64,000 nucleotides of DNA from Camelus dromedarius. Its lineage: Eukaryota. The notes beneath the pieces are model-generated. The model ran no database searches and had not been told where the DNA came from. It was given only the letters and a program-made list of their open reading frames with translations. Position numbers and translations under genes: made by a program. The first letter of the stretch is position 1, and each line of letters opens with the position of its first letter. The stretch lies in assembly GCF_036321535.1 (NCBI RefSeq), contig NC_087436.1:107448001-107512000 (forward strand), in the 5' to 3' direction. This document shows, one piece after another, positions 40,713 through 52,674 of this stretch.

Positions 40713-40930
40713 CAGTTGACCCTTGAACAATGTGGGAATTAAGGGCATCGACCCTCCATGCAGTCAAAAACCCCCATATAACTTTACAGTCAGCTCTCCA
40801 TATCAACGTTTCACATCCATGGATTCAACCAACCATGTAGTACTGAAATCTAGGTATTCACTGAAAAAAATTTGTTTCACGTTTAAGTGGTCCTTCACAG
40901 CTCAAACCTGTGTTGTTCAAGGGTCAATGG
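40713..40930. mobile_element. MER8/Tigger2a-type MITE
   Basis: TIRs cagttgacccttgaacaa ... ttgttcaagggtcaatgg, TA-flanked. Confidence 0.85.
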
Positions 40931-41650
40931 TATGTTGGATTGAATCTGATAAGAGTCTCCCAAGGTCCAGGATGGGTAAGAGATCTTCACTGGCCTACTG
41001 TAATTATTTCACAAGTACCTGCAGGGGAAGAGCAAATGATTATCAGGCTAAAGGAGCCAAGGCAATTTGAGGTCCTCCGGGAATTTGATTAATTTGACTA
41101 ATTGGCATATTTTGTTTTTCTAAAGGATTGAGAATGATAAGGTGAGTACAATTTTTGTGAGAGTGGAATTATTTGTTGAATTTCCTGAAAAACTTGCCAG
41201 TGAACTGAGTGTCTCTACTGCTAGAGAGGAGACTCTCCAAGGAGAAGAGAATGACCAAGTGGTAACACCTAGCTGCAGTGGTGGTAATACCCTGTTTGCA
41301 GGAGAAAACTTCTAGCCACCCCGAAAACATGCAGACTGTGGTTTAGAATATATTCCTATCTGTGAAACTTTGAGAATTGAATACAATCCATTTACCAAAG
41401 GAGAAACTTGCCAGAGGGCGCTGGTTCTCATCTTTGCCTCTCCTTTACATGTTTACCAAATTTGTGTTTCTGGTGGATGGTGCAAGTTGAGATGATCTGC
41501 TCAATGTGAGGGCTGATGCAATCTCATCACCATTTGTGCAGGAGACTGTTAAGATTTCCTTGGCCATGCTGTGTAATCTCACCGTGGCTATGGAAGAAAG
41601 TTCAGGTGAGGGACGAAAAGAGACCAAGCCTGTGTCCCTAAAGCTTATTT

Positions 41651-42241
41651 TGAGACAGAAGTGAAGGAGGCAGGGCACACCACTGAAACAATGACACAGC
41701 AATTAGCACCAAGATGGCAGAATATTCAACTCCCAGTAGACCTTGAGCTTCATTAAACGCTCACTGTAATACATTAGCATGGGAAATGACACACCCAGAG
41801 GCACCATGGCAGTTCTGAGGGTGACCATAAAAGGTAAAAAAATGGTGGTGACCCAATTCCTGGGTATCTCAGCCCCTTCCCCAAAGTAGTTGGAATAATC
41901 TTTCCACTTGTTAGCATATGAAGTTACCAAACCAATAAAAACTAACAACCCCGCATCTTGCGGCTGCTCTCCCTTCTGAGTAAGATGGCCTGCATCCTGC
42001 CAAAGGAATGTGTATATTGAGTATATCTTGGGCCCCTATGTCACCGTCTCTTGCCTTCTGAGGTGGCCTGCACTCTATGAAGTACGTATCTCTCTGAACA
42101 AATCTACCTTCACTCTACTATGGCTCACTCTTGAATTCTTTCCTGCACGAAGCCAAGGCCCCTCGCTTGATGGGGCGCATCCCAGGGACTCGGTGGGGCC
42201 TGGGACATGGCCATCCTCTCATGCCCCATTTTCCTGTATCA
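41651..42241 (+). mobile_element. MER41-like ERV1 solo LTR
   Basis: TG...CA, TSD ATTT (41647-41650 / 42242-42245); MER41 core caccaagatggc...taatacattagcatg...gaataatc...ttagcatat. Confidence 0.85.
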
Positions 42242-43414
42242 ATTTGAATGGATAAAAATCCATCCTGTTTCCAATTAGCCTTTTCAGCTTCCACAGCTAG
42301 CAGCTACTATGCCTTCAATTCCCTAAACAGAGTTTTGGCCTCTAAAGAGGGCTGAGCAAGGGGAAGTCCACGTGGTTAAGGAAGTTTTCTTGGGAAGCAG
42401 CTCTCTTAGCATGTTGTCCACCAAGGAGTTTTGTTTAGCTTCAGGAGTTCGGCTACTAGTCTGAGGTTCCATTTTGAGAAATTTTCTTAGAAAGCCTAGA
42501 AATTATAGATTTTTTTTATCATGCCCTTGTCATCAAAGTCTGAAGGCCTCTAAATGTTTGTCTTTTGGCTGATCCTATTTCAGAATCACTTTTGTAGAAG
42601 ATCCCACTTCAGTCTATATCTCAAATAAGGTAAAGAGTGGGGATAGGAAATAAAGACTTGACCTCAAGCCATCAGTATGAGTTATTTTTACATAAAGGAT
42701 GAATTTTATAGAGAAATAATACTGATTTTCTGAAAAGGGGTCATCAGATCATTTTGGGTGTAAAATGTTCAGAAGGAATTTGCATGACCTTCTTGCTTAA
42801 ATTTATGTCAGGTAGCCTGGAACAAGTACAGACAATAGAAAGACTATAAAAAAAGGGGCACCACATTCTGGCCTACTTGACCTTATATTTGCCCAAGGTC
42901 CCTTCAGGTTAACGGCTCCAGAAGCATTCAAAATGCACTTCAAGAATTCATGTTGATTTTGCAGGCTGATACCAAAAGAACTTCTGGGGTTAGACTCCAT
43001 TCCAAAATGGCTCTAAGCGCTTATAATTACATTTCAAACATCTGCTGCAACAATCAGCTACTTTTTGCAAGACACAGATTGACAGACACCATCCTTACTG
43101 ACAATAGTTCTGATTCAACCTCAGCTTGAGTGGTGAGAATTTGTAGTTGGGAGCCTTATCTGACCTGTCACCACTATGTCTTATCAACCCCAAGCAAATG
43201 GCCTTCCCCGGATTTTACAGACTACTAAGACTGCCTTAAATAAGAATGTTGGAAGAACTAGACTCCAATACTTGCCTTTTTTTTTTTCTTTTTTGTCCCC
43301 AGAGTTTAACATTTTCATTTCCAACAACTGGAGTTGAATTTCCTGAATTAATTATTACGAGGAGGGAAGGAGGTGGTGATGTTTCAGGTCAAGTCCTGCT
43401 GCAATGGTCCTCAT

Positions 43415-43756
43415 CTAGAGCACAGGTCAAACCCACCATCTACTTTTATAAGGCCCATAAGCTAAGATGGTTTTTGCATTTTTAAATGGGTGGAAAAAAA
43501 GAAAACTAACACTTCATGACACATGAAAATTACATGAAATTCCAATTTCAGCATCCACAAATAAAGTTTAATTGGAAGACAGTGGTGCTCTTTAATTATG
43601 TATTATTATTATTATTATTATTATTATTTATATTATTATATAATTATTATTATTATTATTTATCACTACTGTCACCATAGTAGTTGTAACAGACTAGCAC
43701 AGGCTGAAATACTCACCATCTGGCCCTTACAGAAAACGTTGGCTGACCTCTGCTCT
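43415..43756. mobile_element. MER58B with internal (TAT)n (~43598-43662)
   Basis: aagctaagatggtttttgcatttttaaatgg...catgaaattccaatttcag...ggcccttacagaaaacgttggctgacctctg. Confidence 0.8.
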
Positions 43757-44455
43757 AGAGTGCTGAAGACAAAGAAAAACTCCCTCTGGAAGTCAGCCCT
43801 AATTGTTTTACCTATTTTTGCCCAAAGGGCAAATTTTTGCTGGAGACTATGTAAAGGACTGGACTAGACATTTATCTTTGAAAGACATAAACTGGCAAAA
43901 GATGGCCCCAATTCAATGATTGATTGATAAAGGATTCTTCCACTTTGACTTGATGACAACAGAATCCTTAGAGACACCATCTGGCATGGAATTTTTAGCT
44001 CTGTCTCCTAAAAACTGAGTAGAGACACAAAGAATAGAAAATAAGCATTCCCTTGATTCTTTCAACAGCTGAAAAGAAGTCAGCTGGAATTTCCATAGTC
44101 ATTAGTTAAAACTCAGGGCAATCTCATGAAAAGCTGTGCCACCAATGGCAATTCTCTTAGCTCAGTGGAGGGGCTGGGAGTGGAGGATGGAGTGCTGCTG
44201 GGTGTGTTGTGTAGGACAGGTGACTTTGTGCTTTTAGTCTTTTTTCCTTCGGTGTTCTGGAAGGCAATTTAAGAAGGTTAATTTAAAATAGTAGATACTG
44301 TTCTTGATAAGTTTTCTTCAAATCTTATTTGTCACTAAATGATCTCATTAACTTCGGAGGACAAGAAGAAATTAAATGATCATGTGGATTTAATCACCAG
44401 TCACTTATTATTGCATTATTAGTTTCCGAAATGGCCCACTGGGGCTTTATTTTAC

Positions 44456-44894
44456 TGTGGTCAAAGAATGTCACCTGCCACTTCGGTAAACAAAGGATGT
44501 TACAGCAGCCATCAAGCCATCAGCCACTGCAGCCACCCCACTACGGTGTGCCCTGAGGGGCATTCAGGATGGTGAAAACCAGGATCGGACTTAGATAGTT
44601 AAGATGCATATCAAGGAATAATCTCAAAGAGCCCAGACTCTTGCATCTTCCCATATACAGAAAAGCCCTAAATTCATGAACTTAATGATTAGCAGTAATC
44701 TTCAGTGTTTAACTACATATCCGTTTGTTTTCCCAGCAAAACTCCTATATATCCTGGCTCCTCCCCTACCTCTTTGGAACACTCTCTCAGAGCTATCTGA
44801 GAGAATGCCTTCCCGGGTTATAGTTCTCAGTAATGCCCCCAAATAAAGTATAATTCTCAACTTTAAGGTTGTGCTTTTTTTCTTTCAGTAGACA
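44456..44894 (+). mobile_element. ERV1-type solo LTR (same family as 7222-7724)
   Basis: TG...CA; near-TSD TTAC/CTAC; shared blocks (gtaaacaaag, gagcccagac, ctcaacttt.aggttgtgctttt). Confidence 0.85.
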
Positions 44895-45719
44895 CTACTT
44901 TCTTGCTTCCCACTCCTCTTATTCCTTCTCCGCTACTGCCTTCTCCTCTCCCAGTGTTTAAAAGTTGACTTTCTTTAGGACAGATGTTAGCTCATTTATT
45001 CTTTTCTCACTCTAACTTTTCCACTTAGGAAATTTCATCCTCATTTATTTTTCAAGTACAATTTATATGCTCTGACTTAAAAAAAAAAAAAAATTAGTCT
45101 CCAGCCCGTGTTGAAAACCTGACTGTAACAGTGCACATTCAACAGCACCACTTGAATGCTTAAAATAAACCTGTCTCAGCATGTCCCAATAGCACTCATG
45201 ATCCTCTCCTGCAAGCTGCTCCTCCTCCAGGCTTCCCTGTCTTGGTGAATGGCACCCTGATGCCCTCAGGCAAAGCAAAACCTGGGAGGCATTGCTGACA
45301 TCCCCCCTCTCCCTCATGTCCCCAATCAAACAAACACAAAAATGAGCTCTGTGGTTTTCTTAAATACTCTATCATTCATATATACCCACTTCTCTTTATC
45401 TCCATCCCACATTCTTGGCTTAAGCTACTGGAATAATCTCTCATCACTGGCTATAGACACCTAATTATTTCCCAGAATCTCTTCTTCTTCAGTCCTCCAC
45501 TCCACGAGGTGTAGGAGCCAAAAGCAGCATATAAAACTACAACTTGTACTGTGTCTTTCCTCTGCTTTAAACCCTTCAATGGCTTCCAACTGTTACTAAG
45601 GTGAAAAACAACACTCTCAATGAACAAAGCCACAGCCCCTGCCAGATCTTACCTTTCCCTCCCTCACCTGTCTCATTGGTTGGCACTGTTCCCCTCCATT
45701 TGAGTCCCTGCCAAATTGG

Positions 45720-45960
45720 TCTTTGAAATTTCCCCAAAGGTTCCATTTTTCTTTCCAGCTGCAGGAGTCTTCTGCAGGCAGGCCTCAGTCCCCGAGTTAA
45801 GCTAAAGATTACTTACAACAGAATTCCCTCAAGACTACGTAAGTCCATCAGTGACAAAAAGCCACTATCCCTGGAAGAGTCCTGATCTTCAGAGCCGCCA
45901 TCCCTTTGTTCCCTGAAATCTCTTTTGTCCCCATGCAGATTTACTCACCTTTCTCCTCAA
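45720..45960 (+). mobile_element. Possible fossil ERV RT fragment
   Basis: FHFSFQLQESS, KITYNRIP / FPQDYVSPSV (LPQG..SP), PHADLL; weak. Confidence 0.33.
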
Positions 45961-46229
45961 TGACTCGATCTATATTTGAAGGAATATTAAAAAGAGCCAT
46001 TTTGGTCAACACATAAAAAAAAAAAAAAGAAAGAAAGAAAAAGGCCTCCCTTAGGGCAATGAGTACCTGCTTACTTTATAGTTTTTACACTTACATAGTC
46101 ATATTTTTTACACTTACAAAATTAAGAGGATTCCTTCAAGAACAAATAGGACATAATCTGATGATTTGATTTGCTGTCTACTGATAGCAAAAAGTTGAAA
46201 AATATATTTACAATTTTTGCTCTCAGTCT

Positions 46230-47490
46230 ATTTTAAAAACTGTTTTGGCTTTTTATTCAAAAGTAAATACAGGTACAGAATTTTAATCAAATAATGAAAA
46301 CAGGTACACGATGAAATGTAAGTCTGCTCACCACCAGTCCTTCTCCCAGAGGTAAGGTTAACTATTATTAACAGATCCTTCATATCCTTCTAGAAATACC
46401 GCATGTATTCACGGTACAGATACACATACATGCATACATACACACTATTTACAGAAATGGAGATCAACAATCTCTCACTTTTCACTTAACTAGGAGATCA
46501 CAGATGCGCACACAGAGATCCTTTTTCTCTTTTCTCAAATCTTCGCTTGAGGTGAAGTGCCTCACCCCATTTTTAGTTTACTACCATTTATTGAACCCAT
46601 TCTCTTTTACTCAACTTGCTAATAGACATGTTATTTCCACTTTTTTGCCATTACAAAAAAAAAAAAAAAGCACCAAAAAAGTTGTATCTCTAATTTAGAG
46701 CATGATGATTATAACTAATACTAATGTATTGTGCCCTTGAAAATTGCTAAGTGAGTAAATCTTTAATGTTCTCACTAAGAAAAAGAAAAGAAATGGTAAC
46801 AATATGACAAGGTGGAGGTGGTAGTTAATACTATAGTAACAATCATTTCACCATTTAAAAATGTATCAAATCAACATGTTGACACCTTAAACAATGTTAT
46901 GTGTCAATTATATATCAATACGCTGGGAGGACAAGGGCAAAAAAAAAAAAGTTGTATCTTATTTGTATTGCCTCCAACCATGTAGGAGAAATGTTGACTT
47001 TACACCTGCAAGTCACCAAATCTTACGTAACTTTAACTTTTTCCAATTTGATGGGTGAAAATTAGTATTTCAGTTTTTGTTGGTGGGTTGGTTTGCTTGC
47101 TTGCATTTCTTTAGTTATTTGTAAGGCTGAATATCCTCTCACACTGCACACCTTTCATTTTTCTTTCTCTGAGCTTGCTATTCATATATTTCGCCTGTTT
47201 TTCTTAAGTAGTTGAAGGGTTTCTCACTGATTTATGTTTTTTCAATATAATAAATAAATTATTCCTCTACCATATGTTGCAAAGTATTTTAGCAACTTGA
47301 CTTTTGATTTTTTTATGGTATTTGTTCAGGCAGAACTTATAATTTTATGAGAAAATTTATCAATTTGAGGTGTCTTGATATGGTATGTATGTGTACACAC
47401 ACATATACATCTATGATTATGTATGCATATAAATATAATTTTAAGACAATTTCATGATTATGTTTTTTATATATAAACCTTTGATCTCGC
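46230..47490 (-). mobile_element. Old L1 fragments (minus) with a nested plus-strand L1 3' tail (~46700-46950)
   Basis: T-rich L1 antisense motifs; plus-strand tail tcaaatcaacatgttgacacc...caattatatatcaata followed by polyA. Confidence 0.7.
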
Positions 47491-47689
47491 TGTTACAGAA
47501 GAGAGAAATTTGGCTATAAGCAGTGACTTACTAGTACCTGGTAACTTTTAAATAGCAGTTATCCTTTGCTGAAGGAATTTAAGGACCTTTACAACAGTAA
47601 TTAATTGAGTATGTGGCTTTCCTCCCGCTCTGACAGCAAATACCTTGAAGGTGTTAGCAAAGTTCCTTTTGCCCATCATTCAGCAGCCA

Positions 47690-48150
47690 AACGCTGAGAC
47701 GCCAATGTTCGCAGCAGAGCAAACGGTTGGTGCAGGCGGCGGCCAGCCGAGAAAACAGAAAGCACGTCTCAAATCCTCCTTCCCGAAGGCGAGAGAGTCT
47801 TAGGGTATTTTCAGGATAAGGAGAAGTGTGCGGAGGAGGGGAAAGGTGTTAACAGTTAAGAAAAAGCTGAGCAGCCCACCACTCCGTGCAGGTGCAGCTA
47901 AGCTGCGTGCTTCTCCGTGGGACTCGCATTCGGAAAACGGTGGCTTTCGCGCCTTCTGAGGGCGGAGCTTTGGGGCTTCTGACGTCAAAAGGGGACGGAG
48001 CCGCCAAGACGCGCGCATGCCCAGCTGGAGGGTCAGTGGTCCTAACCAGTCTTAACTGGCTCGGGAGGTTGTGCTGCACGCGGCTGACGCCAAGTTTCTG
48101 AAAAAATAAGTTGGGCAAACGTCTTATTGTTTTGGCTACTTGACGCTTGG
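47690..48150. promoter_or_regulatory. Orphan CpG-rich promoter/enhancer-like element with MYB, CRE, GC-box, CCAAT and NRF1-like motifs
   Basis: Local CpG retention in AT-rich surroundings. CCAAT 47702; AAACGGTTGG 47721-47730; TAACAGTTA 47850-47858; GGGCGGAG 47960-47967; TGACGTCA 47980-47987; GCGCGCATGC 48011-48020; TAACTG 48053-48058. Confidence 0.7.
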
Positions 48151-48571
48151 AAGATACGCAAGTTTTGTAAAAAAAACAAAGTAAGTTTGATCAGTAAAGG
48201 CAGGTTACAGTGTATTGTTTATTACACAAGTTATAGTTTAATGGATGTAACTGATGATGACCTTTGGTTTCAAAGGTAGTGACTCAGCCTATTTTATTTA
48301 TTTAATTTGTAGCGCTCAGAAGAGTGCTTTGCGGGCACAGTAGACTCAGTAATAGTATTCATTCATTTATTTGATATAATGAGTAAGTTCTTTTAAAAAA
48401 ATAATTTAAAAATTATACTAATAATTCATATACATTATAAAATGTAAAATAACACTATAAAGAAAAATGTAAAGAAGGCACTAACATGCACATGTAAGCC
48501 TACCATCCTAGAGATAACCATGATTAACATTTTGTGACTTTTTCTTCCTATCCCTTTGTCTCTGTAATACA

Positions 48572-48922
48572 CAGCTGGCACTCCATAACCACGGTTTTGC
48601 ATCCACAGATTTGGCTGAACATGGACCAAAACTATTTGAAAAAAAAGTCCAGAAAGTTCCAAAAAGCAAAACTTGAATTTTTGGCAATTCTTTTTGGTAC
48701 AACATACCATTTATGTTGTATTAATAACTATTTATATATCAATCATACTGTATTATAGTAAGTAATCTAGAGATTATTTAAAGTATATAGGAGGGTGTGC
48801 TCAGGTTATATGCAAATATTACACCATTTTACATAAGGAGCTTGAGTGTCTCAGATTTTGGTATGACATGGGGGTCTTAGAACCAATGGAACCAATTCCC
48901 CTTGGATACTGAGGGAGGACTG
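48572..48922. mobile_element. MER2-type (Tigger) DNA transposon
   Basis: cagctggcactccataaccacggttttgcatccacagatt ... cccttggatactgagggaggactg, TA-flanked. Confidence 0.82.
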
Positions 48923-50512
48923 TATTACGAGGTGTAAAGATAACATTGGTGGACAGTCCTTTCTACGATGAAGAATGTGTTTGGAGAACTCAGCCAATCC
49001 TACACCTGTTCTAGAAGGTGTATTTTCAATCTAGGTCAGGCCAGTCAGAGGACTTCATTGCCGCCACCCTTCCTTCAGGGATGTGTGATACAAGGTGGGC
49101 CAATCATCTCTCTCACTGGGAATACTGGGGCGGGGGTGGGGAGGCTGTTGTTTTTGCTTTGTTATTGATTTTATTTTTTGCTGGGGTTTTGCAATGTGAA
49201 AGCAACATAAAGATGAAGCTGCTAGTGGCTCTCCAATTACGGGCGGAGGAATTCTTGCCAGAGAACAAAGCCAACAAAGTACTAAGAGATGGAAAGGGAA
49301 GCCTGGGGACGTTGCTTCAGCTTCAAGATCCAGCTATGCCTGAAGCAACTTTCTATTTATATGAGTCAATATATTTCTTCTGGTGTTTAAACTAGTTGGA
49401 GTTGTGTTTCTGTCACTTTCAGCTGAAATAGTTTTGACTAATACAGGAATGGCTTTGATAGAATTTCATGGTGTTATGGGGCAGGATCTATGAATGCTGG
49501 ACTCTTCACTTCCTGAACCTTTCAGAGTTCGACTGCAAGGAGGACAGGAAGGGGGGTGAATACACACAAAAAAAGAAATAAAAGCAGAAAATATTCTTAG
49601 CCAACTGAGTGACAAGTAACCCCTGAGAGGCTCAAAGTGAGACACAGCACCAGGTAGAATCTCACTGTCTTCCTAAGACTATCTATATCTTGCACTATTA
49701 GTTGCCAGAGAGTTTTTTTTTTTAATTATATATATTCCCATCAGAAGGGACCAAGTTTTATATAATGAAGATCAGAGAAGCTAATTAAGTGTGTTTAGAA
49801 TTTAATATACAGAGCTTTTAGAGCCAAATAGGCCTCAAATAGATGAGTAAGTTTCCTGACGGGGAGAGACTTTGGAGTCAGACTGTTGGGGTTTTATCAG
49901 TTATAATCTAGCAATGATAGCATCAAATATTCAAATAATCTAAAGGGGTAAATGAAAATGTGAGAAATTTCAATGCACAGTCAATTGAGCTGTAAGTTGA
50001 GTTCATAAAGGTAAGTTTTGCTTGAGTTACCATATATAGCAAGTAAGTTACTGTTATCTGGCAGTCATGAAAAGACAAATTAATGAATGGAGAAATATCC
50101 ATTCTTTTCATCATTCATTCATTCGTCAGTCAACAAATATTTATGGAGTGCCAATTGCCTGCCAGGCACTGTTCAAGGTGCTGAGATACAATAATAAACA
50201 AGAGAAAAGCTTTCCCTTCATGGATGTACCTAGAGAAGCATCTGGGTTATACTGAACTGAACTTAGAATGTGTGTATATTAATCTGCATGGTGATGGTTG
50301 TTCACTTGCAAAGGAGTGGGGTTGATTGAGGTAATTACCTAGCCAAACAGAACTCTGAAAGTCAGGCAGGATGGAGAACATCAGCTTGCTTTCTCCTGAA
50401 TTTTCTGTGAGTGCCTCAATTCTCCATCGTGTCCTCCCAGAAGAAGCAGTGTCTAAGAATGTTCATGCCACCTATTTCAGAGGAATTCAGAGATGTAGAG
50501 ATGAAAGGAGCT

Positions 50513-50515
<3 letters not shown>

Positions 50516-50566
<51 letters not shown>
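50516..50566. repeat. (TA)n microsatellite
   Basis: Direct reading. Confidence 0.95.
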
Positions 50567-50569
<3 letters not shown>

Positions 50570-52155
50570 GTCATGTAGTGTTAATAAAGATGAAATGCTC
50601 TGTAGCTTATAATGTTTATAATGATACGTTATCATGGACCTAGAACGTTTTTCCCAGTGACTTCTTCCACACATGACTTCCTGACCTTTCCAATAAAACT
50701 AGAATGTGTGTGTGTGGCGGGGGTGGATTATTAGTCCCTCAGTTCTGCAGGTGAGGAAACATACTCAGAAAGTGATTGGTTTAAATCATAACTCATAACC
50801 AGGTTTATAAGAAAGGCTGATTACAGGGTTATAAGGGAAACCAATTACCCCACAACGTTTTCCCAGCTCTCTGGTTCAGGCTTTCACATGAACCAAGGAT
50901 GTGACCATAGATAGATTCCATTCAACTGCCCTTTAGATTTCATCTTCTTCATCTGGAGTATGAGGCAAGGGGCTAGATTCACATTCAAATAACCTTCGGT
51001 AGGCACCTATTATGCTCAGGTCATGTGCTAGGAACTTTCAATGTGATCGTAATAATTTAAATTAAATTTTAAATTAAATTTAAATTAAACCATCTAACAA
51101 GTGAAGAAACGTAGGCACCAAGAAGTTGAGTAAGTTGCCTAAGGTAGAATTAATATATTAATCCAAATCTCTCGACTTAAAAAAAAATCCAATGCCTTTT
51201 CCTCTGTAATTTAGCACTTTCCTGTGTATTTTAGCATTCTATAAAGTTATATAAAAATATACATGACTTTTGGTTTATTAACATATAAACTAAAATAGCC
51301 CTATTACTTGAAATACATATAATATAATGAATAAAATAATCAATATATCTAAATTAAAATTTCAAAGTTTGACTAAGTTTATATAACCAAATTATTTGAC
51401 TTCATTATGTTTGAGGCTTCCAAGTGATATAGGAATGTGTTTTAAAATATATCACAAAATTCCAAAAAACAAGATACTCAATGTGTTATTAACATACAGA
51501 TTCAGAGGTTGATTCAAAGTAGTAGTTTCTTTGTTAAGAAATGCATAATCTCAAATGTACCTTCCCATTCTGTTCAGCTCAACAAATGGGTTTTAATATG
51601 TTAACTGACACTAAGGAGGAAGAAAGCTACTGCTTTAAAAAAAAAATTTAGATGGAAACTTCATGATTGGCATATCTGCCACTGTGCCTATCATTAATAA
51701 TTACTAGTTGGTTGATAGATTTTAATCATTACATTAGCCCATAGGAGTAACATTTTAATAATGTAGATAGTGATACAAGATAGGTTTTATATATATTATA
51801 TTTGGGAGATAAATACTCAGGAAATGTGCTATTTGGGGAAGCTATCTACATCTCCGGTGTGGACTATATTTCTAAATTTCCCCAAAGTCTGTTGTTTCCT
51901 CTGTTATGTACTATGTTGTCTGCGTTATTTTAAAATATTTAGTTCTGCTATAAAAATAATAGAAAAAAGGAAGGAAAAAAGTACACTAAGTAGAGAAGCC
52001 AATGGCCAGAGTGACATGGTAGACGTAGAAAAAGAAGGTAGAATATGTGTTTGGTGAACAGATAAAAATATGAGACAAAAGAGAAAAATCACTTATTTAG
52101 AAAAGGATGGAAAAATAAATATTTATGATTCATGAAATATGCATAAGGCTTATGA

Positions 52156-52674
52156 GGCACTCTATACATTGGGTTGAAAAACAGCTATCCATTGGTGACA
52201 TCAAATCTGGTCCCATGTGCCCTCTGTCCAAGAAGCACAAATAAAGTCCACAGCCAAGATATAGTTGTGGCCACGCACAAGTGCCCTGTATGTCTCTGAC
52301 AGCGCAAGTGGGATGTCGGTCCCAGATGTCTTACATCGCCTTGGTTAAATTTCAATTCTGTTCTCTGTAAACCCCAGCACTGGGGAATGTTGATGTGTCT
52401 GAGTTGGAAGAGAGACAGACAGATGGACTAACTCAGTGCACATGAATATTGTGTATGTTCCAGTGGTAGATATTACATCTGTTTGCATCCTATCCCTGGT
52501 GGGTTCACCTACCCCAGTTCTTTCCCTGCTTCTCACTCTTCCCTGTGTGTTTTAAATGGATGTAATGAACTGTGGTTTGAGCATCTTAATTTGCACTGTG
52601 AACCTTCCTGTTCTAACACCTCTGTGCTCACCTGCTGGGTCATGTACTTGGAGACTACTGTTACATCAGAGTAA
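52156..52674 (+). mobile_element. Fossil Gypsy integrase
   Basis: One frame, 173 codons with 2 internal stops: YIGLKNSYPL; QDIVVATHKCPVC; SPW; ICLHPIP; ELWFEHLNLHCEPSCSN (WGFxHxxSSPxYPxSN). Confidence 0.55.

Larger units (their letters stand above)
40080..44000 (+). mobile_element. Fossil Ty3/Gypsy (K02A2.6/Mag-like) pol: PR-RT-RNase H-IN, interrupted by younger insertions
   Basis: NFSAGTN*SLIP (protease-like); LASELSVSTAREETLQG (RT); ELFLHKG*IL*; LA*IYVR*PG (LARxYVWWPG); RIHVDFAG 42943-42966; LDSIPKW; FARHRLTDTILTDN ~43064-43105; SYQPQANG 43179-43202; TTGVEFPEL; FAGDYV...LDDNRILR. Confidence 0.87.

Noticed and set aside
45949..45969. Apparent 21-nt minus-strand micro-exon (tag|ATCGAG...AAAG|gtgagt) and other minus-strand splice-like signals suggesting a lost multi-exon gene
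   Set aside because: No coherent host protein could be assembled, and most candidate exons are better explained as retroelement pol fossils. Use in a lncRNA is not excluded.
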